The notes beneath the pieces are model-generated. The model searched no databases. It saw only the letters and a list, made by a program, of their open reading frames with translations, and was not told where the DNA came from. Shown piece after piece: positions 1 to 7,641 of a stretch of 24,000 bases of DNA. The translations under genes and the position numbers were made by a program. Positions within the stretch are counted from its first letter, which is position 1; each line of letters begins with the position of its first letter. Source of the DNA: Candidatus Dormiibacterota bacterium (lineage in GTDB: Bacteria > Chloroflexota > Dormibacteria > Dormibacterales > Dormibacteraceae); NCBI GenBank assembly GCA_035294145.1, contig DATGLL010000269.1, positions 4,110 to 28,109 of the forward strand, read 5' to 3'.

Positions 1-1527
1 TTGGAGGATCCGCTTCCCCCCGCCACCTTGGCCCGTCACCGATTGCTCCCGTTGGCCGAGGCGATCCGTCGGGGCCACCGGCCGCGCGAGCTGGGTGAGT
101 GGCGGCAGGCGCGTCATCGGATGGCCTTCGCCGAGCTGCTGGAGCTGCAGGCCGCGTTCCTGCTGGCCCGTCGCCGGATGGCCGTGGAGCGGGCCACGCC
201 GATTCCCTACCGCCAAGAGGTGATCGAGGCCTTCAAAGCCGGGCTCGGCTTCCCGCTCACCCGGGCCCAGCGCAAGGCCATCTGGGAGATCTACCAGGAC
301 CTGGAGCGAGAGGTGCCGATGAACCGCCTGCTGGACGGCGACGTGGGCTCGGGCAAGACCGCCGTGGCGGCTGCCGCCGCAGCCATGGTGCACGCCGCCG
401 GCCTGCAGACCGTGGTCATGGCACCCACCGAGGTGCTGGCCCGGCAGCACCTCGGGGCCTTCAGGGGCTATCTGGAGCGGAGCTTCCCCGACCTCCGCGT
501 GGAGCTCCTGGTGAGCGGCCTGGGCGCAAAGGAGCGCCGGCGGGTCAAGGCGGCGGCCGCCTCCGGCCACTGCGCGGTCCTGGTCGGGACCCACGCCCTG
601 ATCGAGGACGACGTCAAGCTGGCTGCCCTCGGCCTGGCCATCGTGGACGAGCAGCATCGCTTCGGCACTCGCCAGCGGGAACTCCTCCGGGAGCGCTCCG
701 AGCACGGTCGTCCCCACTTCCTGGCCATGACCGCGACCCCCATCCCTCGTTCGCTGGCCTTGGCCCTCTATGGGGAGATGGCCCTCTCGATCATCGACGA
801 GATGCCACCCGGCCGCACCCCGGTGGAGACCCGGGTGGTCGAACCGGGGCGGCGCGAGGAGGCCTACCAGGTGGTGCGGCGCGAGGTCCGGGCCGGCCGC
901 CAAGCGTTCGTGATTTGCCCGCTGATCGAGGAGTCCGGCGCGCTGGAGGCGAAGGCGGCCACCGCGGAGTTCGACCACCTTCGCAGGGAGGTCTTCCCCG
1001 ATCTTCGCCTGACGCTGGTGCACGGTCGCATGCGGGACAAGGATGCCGTCATGCGAGCCTTCCGCGAGGGCGCGAGCGACATCCTGGTGGCCACCTCGGT
1101 GGTCGAGGTGGGGGTCGACGTGCCCAACGCGACCGTGATGGTGGTCGAGGGAGCGGAGCGCTTCGGCCTCGCCCAGCTCCACCAGCTCCGGGGGCGGGTG
1201 GGGCGGAGCCGGCTCCCGTCCTACTGCTTTCTGCTCGCCGATGACCCGTCGGCGAAGAGCCTGGAACGGCTGCGGCTCTTGGAGCAGACCACCGATGGCT
1301 TCCGCCTCGCTCAGGAGGACATGCGCTTGCGGGGGGCCGGGGAGCTGATGGGGCCTCGGCAGCATGGGATGTCCGACATGGCCATGGCGGCGCTCCAGCG
1401 GCCGGAGCTGCTCTCCGAGGTGCGCCAGGAGGCGCAACAGCTGCTGGAGGAGGATCCGAGCTTGGAGCGCTGGCCGGGGCTGTGGCGGGCGGCGCAGCGC
1501 CGGCTGGAGCTCACCTCGCTCAGCTGA
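1..1527 (+). CDS. recG: ATP-dependent DNA helicase RecG, C-terminal ~508 aa (5' end outside the window)
   Basis: The ORF is open from the window edge, so the apparent start at 1 is an artefact. Superfamily-2 helicase motifs are present: GDVGSGKT (Walker A), VDEQHRFG (DEQH box), MTATPIPRS and QLHQLRGRVGR (motif VI). TGA stop at 1525-1527. Confidence 0.9.
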   Translation: MEDPLPPATLARHRLLPLAEAIRRGHRPRELGEWRQARHRMAFAELLELQAAFLLARRRMAVERATPIPYRQEVIEAFKAGLGFPLTRAQRKAIWEIYQDLEREVPMNRLLDGDVGSGKTAVAAAAAAMVHAAGLQTVVMAPTEVLARQHLGAFRGYLERSFPDLRVELLVSGLGAKERRRVKAAAASGHCAVLVGTHALIEDDVKLAALGLAIVDEQHRFGTRQRELLRERSEHGRPHFLAMTATPIPRSLALALYGEMALSIIDEMPPGRTPVETRVVEPGRREEAYQVVRREVRAGRQAFVICPLIEESGALEAKAATAEFDHLRREVFPDLRLTLVHGRMRDKDAVMRAFREGASDILVATSVVEVGVDVPNATVMVVEGAERFGLAQLHQLRGRVGRSRLPSYCFLLADDPSAKSLERLRLLEQTTDGFRLAQEDMRLRGAGELMGPRQHGMSDMAMAALQRPELLSEVRQEAQQLLEEDPSLERWPGLWRAAQRRLELTSLS

Positions 1528-2046
1528 GGGGGAGCGCGCGTCCTGTCGGCCGCCGTGTCCCGCACGCCCGGCGACGGCGGGGATCGACCTCGGCGTCGAG
1601 GCGCCGCTGGCCGGGGTGGAGGCCCGCGACCGGCGGCTTGCCCGCGCCCTCGTCGACCGGGCCTTGGGGCCAGGCCACCCTGCTCCCGGCGCACGGGCGT
1701 TGGCCAAGGAGGCGGTCCGGTCGTGCCGGGCGGGTGGCGGCAGGGCAGGAACCCGGCCTCGCGCCGGCGGGTGAGGCCGGGGCCGCCCGGCGAGCGCGGT
1801 GGCGAGCCGGGAGCGCGCCCATGCCCTCTGAATCGCAACCGCGTCGTAAGCTGGTAGGTCGTGTCCTGGGGTGGGCACGCCGGCGGTCCCAGGCGAGGGA
1901 GCTGAGCTTGGCCTCGACGGCCTAGGGGGCCAGTCGCCCCGGGGCGACCCATGGCTCCGCTCCGGGCGAGTCGGCATGTGTGGCCTGGCGGAGCGGTCTG
2001 AGGCCATGGTCGGACGCCGCCGGCCCACCACGATCTGAGGAGGACC

Positions 2047-3345
2047 ATGCCACCGGCGCAGCTGCTCCAGACGCTCATCCGTTTCCGAACGGTCAATCCG
2101 CCGGGCAACGAGGGCCCGTGCCAGCGTTACCTTCGCGCCCTCTTCGAGGCCCGTGACGTGCCCACCTGGCTGCTCGGCTCGTCGCCCGACCGTCCCAACC
2201 TGGTGGTCCGCGTGCCCGGCCGAGGGGAGGCACCGCCCCTGCTCCTCCAGGGCCATGTCGATGTGGTCACCGTCGCCGGCCAGCGCTGGAGCCGTGACCC
2301 CTTCGGGGGCGAGCTGATCGACGGATGGGTGTGGGGGCGGGGGGCGCTGGACATGAAGGGCGGGGTGGCGATGATGGTCTCGGCCCTGCTGCGCTGCCTC
2401 GACGAGGGCCGGCCCCCGGCTGGGGACGTGGTGCTGTGCTGCCTGGCCGACGAGGAGGCCGGAGGGGAGTGTGGCGCCCGCTTCCTCGTCGAGGGGTACC
2501 CAGAGCTCTTCCACGGCATCCGCCACGGCGTGGGCGAGGGCGGAGGGGCGACCCTCACGATGGAGGGCCGGCGCTTCTACCCCATCATGGTCGCCGAGAA
2601 GCGCATCTGCCGGCTTCGGATGGTCATCCGGGGACAGGGCGGGCATGCCTCCCAGACCCATCGCGGCGGGGTCACCGCCAAGCTGGGCCGGCTGCTGCTG
2701 GCCCTGGACCGGGGACGGCTCCCGGTTCGGGTCACGCCCGCCGCGGCCGATTACGTCCGCGGCATCGCTGCCGCCGTGCCCGAGCCCACCCGCGCCCGCC
2801 TGCTCGCCCTCCTCGACCCCGAGCGCAGCGATGCCGTCTTGGAGGAGATGGGGCCGGAGGCCTTACGCTTCGACCCGATCCTGCGCAACACCGTCAACGC
2901 CACCGTCATCCGGGCGGGGGAGAAGGTGAACGTCATCCCCTCCGAGGCGATCGTCGAGGCGGACGGCAGGATGGTGCCCGGCTGCGAGGAGGAATGGTTC
3001 CTCGACGAGGTCCGACACCTGGTCGGGCCAGAGCCGGAGATCGAGGTGGTCCTGCTCGGCCCGCCGCTCCCGGAGTCGGAGCGCGGCCCGTTCTACGACC
3101 TGCTCTGCGACGTCCTTCGGGAGCTCGACCCGGCGGCCATCCCCATCCCCATGCTCATGACCGGCGCGACCGATCAGCGCCACTTCTGCCGGCTGGGCAT
3201 CCAAGGCTATGGGTACCTCCCCCTGCGGTTGCCCGCCGGCTTCGGCCAGGAGATGGTGCACGCCGCCGACGAGCGGGTGCCGGTCACCGCCCTGGAGTTC
3301 GGAGCGGAGGCGCTGTTCCGGATGCTCCAACGCTACCGCGGCTGA
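2047..3345 (+). CDS. M20-family metallopeptidase (ArgE/DapE/ACY1/CPG2-like dipeptidase or deacylase)
   Basis: ATG at 2047 follows GAGGAGG (2037-2043). The 432-aa product carries M20 hallmarks: GHVDVV, GRGALDMKGG and LADEEAGG (metal and catalytic Glu pair). Substrate cannot be inferred. Confidence 0.8.
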   Translation: MPPAQLLQTLIRFRTVNPPGNEGPCQRYLRALFEARDVPTWLLGSSPDRPNLVVRVPGRGEAPPLLLQGHVDVVTVAGQRWSRDPFGGELIDGWVWGRGALDMKGGVAMMVSALLRCLDEGRPPAGDVVLCCLADEEAGGECGARFLVEGYPELFHGIRHGVGEGGGATLTMEGRRFYPIMVAEKRICRLRMVIRGQGGHASQTHRGGVTAKLGRLLLALDRGRLPVRVTPAAADYVRGIAAAVPEPTRARLLALLDPERSDAVLEEMGPEALRFDPILRNTVNATVIRAGEKVNVIPSEAIVEADGRMVPGCEEEWFLDEVRHLVGPEPEIEVVLLGPPLPESERGPFYDLLCDVLRELDPAAIPIPMLMTGATDQRHFCRLGIQGYGYLPLRLPAGFGQEMVHAADERVPVTALEFGAEALFRMLQRYRG

Positions 3346-3346
3346 G

Positions 3347-3374
3347 GCCGCGGCGGGGGTTCCCCGGCTGCGGC
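3347..3374. terminator. GC-rich hairpin filling the gap between convergent stop codons (putative bidirectional terminator)
   Basis: gccgcggcgggggttccccggctgcggc forms about 12 pairs, with one G.U and one G.G mismatch. It starts 1 nt after the M20 TGA (3343-3345) and abuts the peroxiredoxin stop (TCA on the + strand, 3375-3377). There is no U-tract. Confidence 0.55.
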
Positions 3375-3878
3375 TCAGCCCTCCTTCGCCTTCGTCACCG
3401 CCTCCTCCACCACCTCCTCGTTGGGCGCCACCAGGGGATTCTCGGTGACCCACACGTAGCGGACGACCCCGTCCTGCGACACGGCGACCACCCCTCGCTT
3501 GGTCACCTGACGGAGGCCCAGGAGGTCGGGATAGGTCCCGACGTACTGCTCGCTGACGGTGTGCTCGTAGTCGGCCAGCACCGGCACCCCGAAGTGGTGC
3601 TCCCGGTCCCAGGCCTGGATCGGGAAGGGATAGTGGCCGGTGACGCCCCAAACCTGGACCCCCCGCGGGGTGTAGACCGCCCCCAGGTTGTCGCGCACGG
3701 CGCACATCTGCGCCTCGCACACGCCCGTGAAGGGCATGGGGAAGAAATGAAGGACGACGGGCCCTTCGCGGAGGGCGGTGCTGAGCCGGTAGCTCTTGAA
3801 GCGAGGTGGGGTCCCCTCCAGCATTTCCTGGCTGAAGAGCTCGAAGTCCGGGGCTCGATCTCCGGGGTTGACGGCCAT
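3375..3878 (-). CDS. AhpC/TSA-family peroxiredoxin, AhpE-like (FFPxxFTGVC active site)
   Basis: N-terminus is NPGDRAPDF, and the peroxidatic Cys lies in HFFPMPFTGVCEAQMC. The track starts at ATG 3884, but GGAGG (minus strand, 3890-3886) is only 1 nt from that ATG and 7 nt from the second ATG at 3878, so I prefer 3878. Confidence 0.8.
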   Translation of the reverse strand: MAVNPGDRAPDFELFSQEMLEGTPPRFKSYRLSTALREGPVVLHFFPMPFTGVCEAQMCAVRDNLGAVYTPRGVQVWGVTGHYPFPIQAWDREHHFGVPVLADYEHTVSEQYVGTYPDLLGLRQVTKRGVVAVSQDGVVRYVWVTENPLVAPNEEVVEEAVTKAKEG

Positions 3879-4249
3879 CTCCATGCCTCCAACTGATCGT
3901 GCGCTCCGACGCGTTCGACACGTCCGACTGGCGCTCTAGCCTATCGCTTGGGGCGACGGCGGGGCTCGCTCAAGCGGTCGGTGGGCGTCGAGGCCGGCGC
4001 GCCGCCCGAGGGTGAGGGGTGGGCGAAGGCTCGGGCCATCCACCCCAGGACCGCCGATCGCCGGCGTCGGGAGGGCAAACTGCCGGTGACGCACGTGAGC
4101 CGTCTGCTCCTCGTCGATGCCCTCACCTCGCCGGAGCCCGGGCGCGTGACGGTGGATGCGCGAGGCCCGAGAGGCAGCCCCCGTGAGGGGTGCCGCCTGA
4201 TGGGACGATCGCTCCCTCATTGGCAACGGAGTAGGCTCTCCCTTCGAGG

Positions 4250-5263
4250 ATGGAAGATCAACTCCGGCTCACCCGCTACAGCCACGGCGCCGGTTGAGCG
4301 TGCAAGCTGAGCCCAGCGGAGCTGGGCCTGCTGCTCGGGGCCTTGCCTGGCCTCGACCATCCGGCGGTGCTGGTCGGCGCCGGGGACGACGCTGCCGTCT
4401 TCCGGGTTGGGCCCGGTCGGGCCCTGGTCTCGACCGTCGATTTCTTCACCCCCATCGTCGACGATCCGGAGGCGTTCGGGGCCATCGCCGCTGCCAACAG
4501 CCTGAGCGACATCTACGCCATGGGGGCGCGACCTCTCTTCGCCTTGAGCCTGGTCGGCTTCCCCCGTGCCCTGCTGGGGACGGGCCTGCTGGAGCGGATC
4601 GTCGCCGGTGGTGCGGGCAAGCTGGCCGAGGCAGGGGTGCCGGTGGTCGGTGGCCACAGCATCGACGACCCCGAGCCCAAGGCGGGCTACGTGGTCGTCG
4701 GGCAGGTCGACCCGCAACGTGTGGTGACGCACCGGGGGGCGCGCCCTGGCGACCTCCTCTACCTGACCAAGCCGCTCTGCAGCGGGCTGGTCGCCACCGC
4801 GGTGAAGGCGGACCGCTGCCCGGCTGACCTAGAGCGGCGGGCGGTGGCGGTCATGACCCACCTCAACCGTCGGGCCGCGGAGGCGATGGTGGCCGCCGGC
4901 GCCTCGGCGGCGACCGACGTCACCGGGTTCGGGCTGATCGGGCACCTGGCCAACCTCGGCGTCGGGGCCGAGGTGCACGTGGGGAAGATCCCCGTCCTCG
5001 AGGGGGTGCGCGAGCTCGCCGAGCAGGACCTCTTCCCGGGCGGGACCCGCCGCAACCATGCCGCCTACCGCGACCGCGTCGACTGGGGCGGCATCCCGGA
5101 GGCCGAGCAGCTGCTGCTCTGTGATGCCCAGACCAGCGGCGGGCTCCTGGTCGCGATCCATCCGGGGCGCGCGTCGGCGTTCGAGGCGGCCATGTCGGCC
5201 GAGCCCTACCCGGCCGTCTGCATTGGCGAGGTGATCGATGGACCCATTCGCATCCGCGCTTGA
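4250..5263 (+). CDS. selD: Selenide, water dikinase (selenophosphate synthetase) SelD, selenocysteine form; in-frame TGA at 4295-4297 read as Sec
   Basis: The track ORF 4343..5263 is SelD-like (GDDAAV, STVDFFTPIVDDPEAFGAIAAANSLSDIYAMGARP). The same frame upstream reads ATG(4250) MEDQLRLTRYSHGAG-TGA-ACKLSPAEL, the SelD N-terminal loop, with TGA at the catalytic Cys/Sec position. The frame is closed upstream by TAG at 4232-4234. Total length is 337 aa, normal for SelD. Confidence 0.85.
4302..4334 (+). promoter_or_regulatory. Putative bacterial SECIS hairpin downstream of the selD UGA
   Basis: Fold by eye: GC-A-AGC-[UGA]-GCCCAG-(CGGAG)-CUGGGC-[CU]-GCU-GC. It has a 6-bp apical stem (4311-4316 with 4322-4327), a G-rich apical loop about 23 nt after the UGA, and lower stems of 3 and 2 bp. 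Confidence 0.5.
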
Positions 5264-6602
5264 GCAGGCGGCGGCGGTGCGCCGGGGTGAGCTCAGCGCC
5301 CGGGAGCTGGTCGATCTCTACCTGGCCAGGATCGAACGCTGCAACCCTCGTCTGGGCGCCTACTGGCTGGTCACGCCGGACCTGGCTCGGGCGCAGGCGG
5401 AGGGCCTCGGTGAGGGGCCGCTGGCCGGGGCACCGGCCTCGGTCAAGGACCTGGTCGCCATGGCCGGCTATCCGTTGACCTTCGGCTCCCGGGCCTACCG
5501 CGAGCAGGTGGCCACGGTCGACGCCTTCGTCGTGGCCCGGATGAAGGCGGCCGGGACGCCGATCCTGGGACGGACCACCACCCCCGAGTTCGGCTCGCGG
5601 CCGGTGACCGAGTTCGGCCTCCACGGCACGGCCCGCAACCCCTGGGACCTGGAGCGCACCCCGGGCGGCTCCAGCGGCGGCGCGGCGGCGGCTCTCGCGG
5701 CCGGGCTCTGTGCCTGGAGCCACGGCAGCGACGGCGGTGGCTCGGTGCGCATCCCCGCCTCCTGCTGCGGGGTGGTGGGGCTGAAGCCCTCCCGTGGCCG
5801 CATCTCGCCCGGCCCGCTGGTCGGGGAGGGCTGGGCCGGGCTGTCGACCCAGGGGGTGCTGACCCGGACCGTGGCCGACGCCGCGGCCGCCCTCGACCTG
5901 CTGGCCGGCCACCTGCCCGGCGATCCCTACTGGGCCGAGCCCGAGGGGTCGTACCTGGCCGCGTTGGCGCATCCCCCCCGGGAGGCACGGATCGGGCTCC
6001 AGACCGGCGCCCCGGAGGTGGTCGACCGCGAGCTGCGCGAGCTGGTGGGTCGCGTCGCCGCCGTCCTCGAGGCCCTCGGCCATCGGGTCGAGGAAGGTGG
6101 CCCCACGACCGAGCCCTTCCGAGCGCCCTTCCAGGTCCTGGTCGCCGCCGGGACCGCCTCTTACCCGGTCCGAGATCGATCCTGCCTCGATCCCCTGAAC
6201 GCCTGGATGATGGAGCGGGCGGAGCGGTTGACCGCCGCCGACTACGTGCGGGCGGTGAACGCCATCCGCGACCACAGCCGGCGGGTGGTCGCCTTCTGGG
6301 ACGACCATGACCTCCTCCTCACCCCGACCTTGACCCAGCCCCCGCCGCCGATCGGGCACTTCGCCGGGGTCGACCTGGAGCAGGTCAACCAACGCTGCCT
6401 GGACTGGCTCACCTTCACCTACCCCTACAACTGCACCGGGCAGCCCGCGATCAGCCTCCCAGTGGGCGTCAGCTCGGCCGGCTTGCCCCTCGGGGTGCAG
6501 CTGGTCGGCCCGCCTCGGGGCGAGGCGCTGCTGCTGGCGGTGGCGGCCCAGGTCGAGGAGGCGTTGCCCTGGCGGGATCGGCGCCCGCCCGGCTTCGCCT
6601 AG
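5238..6602 (+). CDS. Amidase-signature family amidase (GatA-like fold, substrate unknown)
   Basis: Carries the amidase signature GGSSGGAAAALAAG...GSDGGGSVRIPAS and the conserved Lys in ASVKD. ATG 5238 follows GAGGTG (5229-5234, 3 nt upstream of the ATG) and overlaps the selD 3' end by 26 nt. Confidence 0.8.
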   Translation: MDPFASALEQAAAVRRGELSARELVDLYLARIERCNPRLGAYWLVTPDLARAQAEGLGEGPLAGAPASVKDLVAMAGYPLTFGSRAYREQVATVDAFVVARMKAAGTPILGRTTTPEFGSRPVTEFGLHGTARNPWDLERTPGGSSGGAAAALAAGLCAWSHGSDGGGSVRIPASCCGVVGLKPSRGRISPGPLVGEGWAGLSTQGVLTRTVADAAAALDLLAGHLPGDPYWAEPEGSYLAALAHPPREARIGLQTGAPEVVDRELRELVGRVAAVLEALGHRVEEGGPTTEPFRAPFQVLVAAGTASYPVRDRSCLDPLNAWMMERAERLTAADYVRAVNAIRDHSRRVVAFWDDHDLLLTPTLTQPPPPIGHFAGVDLEQVNQRCLDWLTFTYPYNCTGQPAISLPVGVSSAGLPLGVQLVGPPRGEALLLAVAAQVEEALPWRDRRPPGFA

Positions 6603-6604
6603 CG

Positions 6605-7162
6605 GTGGCCCTCGTGCGCGGCCGGCTCCGGGTCCAGGGGGGGGTGGCGGGTGGCCGGAGGCTGGCCATGCCCCGAGGGGTCCGCCCGACCCAGGCCGTG
6701 GTGCGCGAGGCCATCTTCGACCTGCTCGGTGAGGCGGTCGTCGAGGCCTGGGTGCTGGACCTGTTCGCGGGCTCGGGGGCGCTGGGCATCGAGGCGCTCT
6801 CGCGAGGGGCGGCCATGGTGACCTTCGTGGAGCGCGTCCCGGCCGTGGTCGACGTGCTCCGCCGCAACCTCGCCCTGGTGGGAGGGCAAGAGCGGGCACG
6901 GGTGGCTCGAGCGGAGGTCACCCGCTGGTTGGAGGCCAACCCCACCGAGGTCGCGGCGGCCTCGGTGATCCTCCTCGACCCGCCCTACAATGACCCCGTC
7001 TTGGAGCGCACCGTGGCCCTGCTGGATCGTCTGGCGGCGTCGGGGGCCCTGGTCGTGGCCGAGCACGCCTGGCGGCAGCCCTGGCCAACCACAGAGCGGC
7101 TCTGCCTGCGCCGGCAGCGTCGCTACGGCGACACGACGGTCACCGTGTCCGAGGCCAGGTGA
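6605..7162 (+). CDS. rsmD: 16S rRNA (guanine966-N2)-methyltransferase RsmD
   Basis: Motifs are GGRRL..P.G..RPT, REAIFDLL, DLFAGSGALGIEALSRG (SAM motif I) and ILLDPPY (DPPY motif IV). The gene lies directly upstream of coaD, as in many bacteria. Confidence 0.8.
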   Translation: MALVRGRLRVQGGVAGGRRLAMPRGVRPTQAVVREAIFDLLGEAVVEAWVLDLFAGSGALGIEALSRGAAMVTFVERVPAVVDVLRRNLALVGGQERARVARAEVTRWLEANPTEVAAASVILLDPPYNDPVLERTVALLDRLAASGALVVAEHAWRQPWPTTERLCLRRQRRYGDTTVTVSEAR

Positions 7163-7641
7163 GCGGCCTCGCCCTCTACCCGGGAAGCTTCGACCCCTTC
7201 ACCAACGGGCACCTCGACATCGTCGACCGCGCCCTGCGGCTGTTCGATGGCCTGGTGGTGGCGGTCGCGGCCAACCCTGAGAAGCGCCTCCCGCTCTTCT
7301 CTCCCGAGGAGCGGGTGGCGATGATCCGCGAGGCCCTGGCCGACCGCGCCTCGGTGGAGGTCACCAGCTACCAGGGGTTGACCGTGGAGTTCGCGCGCTC
7401 CCGGGGCATCCGTGTGGTGGTGAAGGGCCTGCGGGTCCCCTCGGACTTCGAGGCCGAGCTTCAGCAGGCCTTGATGAACCGGCAGCTCGCCCCCGAGATC
7501 GAGACCGTCTTCCTCATGTCGGGGATGTCTCAGATCTTCGTGTCCTCGAGTATCCTCAAGGACATCGCCGCCCGTGGCCATGACGTCGACCGTTTCGTAC
7601 CACCGGTGGTGGCCAGACGTCTCAAGGAGAGGTTCAGCTGA
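7159..7641 (+). CDS. coaD: Phosphopantetheine adenylyltransferase CoaD
   Basis: N-terminus is LYPGSFDPFTNGHLDIV (the T/HxGH nucleotidyltransferase motif), length 160 aa. The GTG start overlaps the rsmD stop (GTGA). Confidence 0.9.
   Translation: MSGLALYPGSFDPFTNGHLDIVDRALRLFDGLVVAVAANPEKRLPLFSPEERVAMIREALADRASVEVTSYQGLTVEFARSRGIRVVVKGLRVPSDFEAELQQALMNRQLAPEIETVFLMSGMSQIFVSSSILKDIAARGHDVDRFVPPVVARRLKERFS

Noticed and set aside
1705-1857. AAGGAGG (1705-1711) followed by GTG 1722, opening a 44-codon ORF (MPGGWRQGRNPASRRRVRPGPPGERGG...).
   Set aside because: The SD-to-start spacing is 10 nt, and the peptide is extreme Arg/Pro/Gly low complexity. The AAGGAGG can equally be read as part of another frame (LAKEAV). 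There is no support beyond the motif.
1860-1925. GGGGTGGGC...GCTGAGC, faintly reminiscent of TPP (GGGGUGC...CUGAGA) or ZTP riboswitch cores upstream of the M20 gene.
   Set aside because: The key conserved segments (ACCUGAUCUGGAUAAUGCCAGCG for TPP; the pseudoknot CCGCCUGGGC for ZTP) are absent, and the downstream gene is not in a matching pathway.
1933-1948. A 16-nt perfect palindrome, gtcgccccggggcgac, in the recG-M20 gap. I considered it as a terminator.
   Set aside because: At this GC content an 8-bp GC palindrome is close to chance expectation. It has no U-tract and lies more than 400 nt from the recG stop. It is mentioned only as part of the unassigned region.
3342-3379. Extension of the inter-stop hairpin by CTGAG/CTCAG pairing, so that it would engulf both stop codons.
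   Set aside because: The outer pairing needs a different register from the main 3347-3374 stem (c3374 would be used twice), so only the 28-nt hairpin is reported.
3375-3878. The possibility that the peroxiredoxin next to selD is itself a selenoprotein (a Prx-like Sec protein).
   Set aside because: The peroxidatic position is a normal Cys codon in FTGVCEAQMC, and the ORF is uninterrupted by TGA.
3905-3930. A GTTCGAC T-loop-like sequence in the spacer next to selD. I checked it as a possible tRNA-Sec (selC) or other tRNA.
   Set aside because: I could not build an acceptor stem, D-arm or anticodon arm, the flanking stem has only 4 bp with a 9-nt loop, and there is no UCA anticodon loop. Other TTCGA hits (around 840, 12262, 4925) lie inside well-supported coding sequence.
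4920-6899. A 659-aa antisense ORF across selD/amidase/rsmD. Similar long antisense or off-frame ORFs occur at 16886-18646, 18786-20324, 22060-23373, 2325-3896, 2863-3921, 9691-10806 and 8126-9292.
   Set aside because: For the same reason, these are GC-driven open frames with Pro/Arg/Gly-dominated translations. Each fully overlaps well-supported genes.
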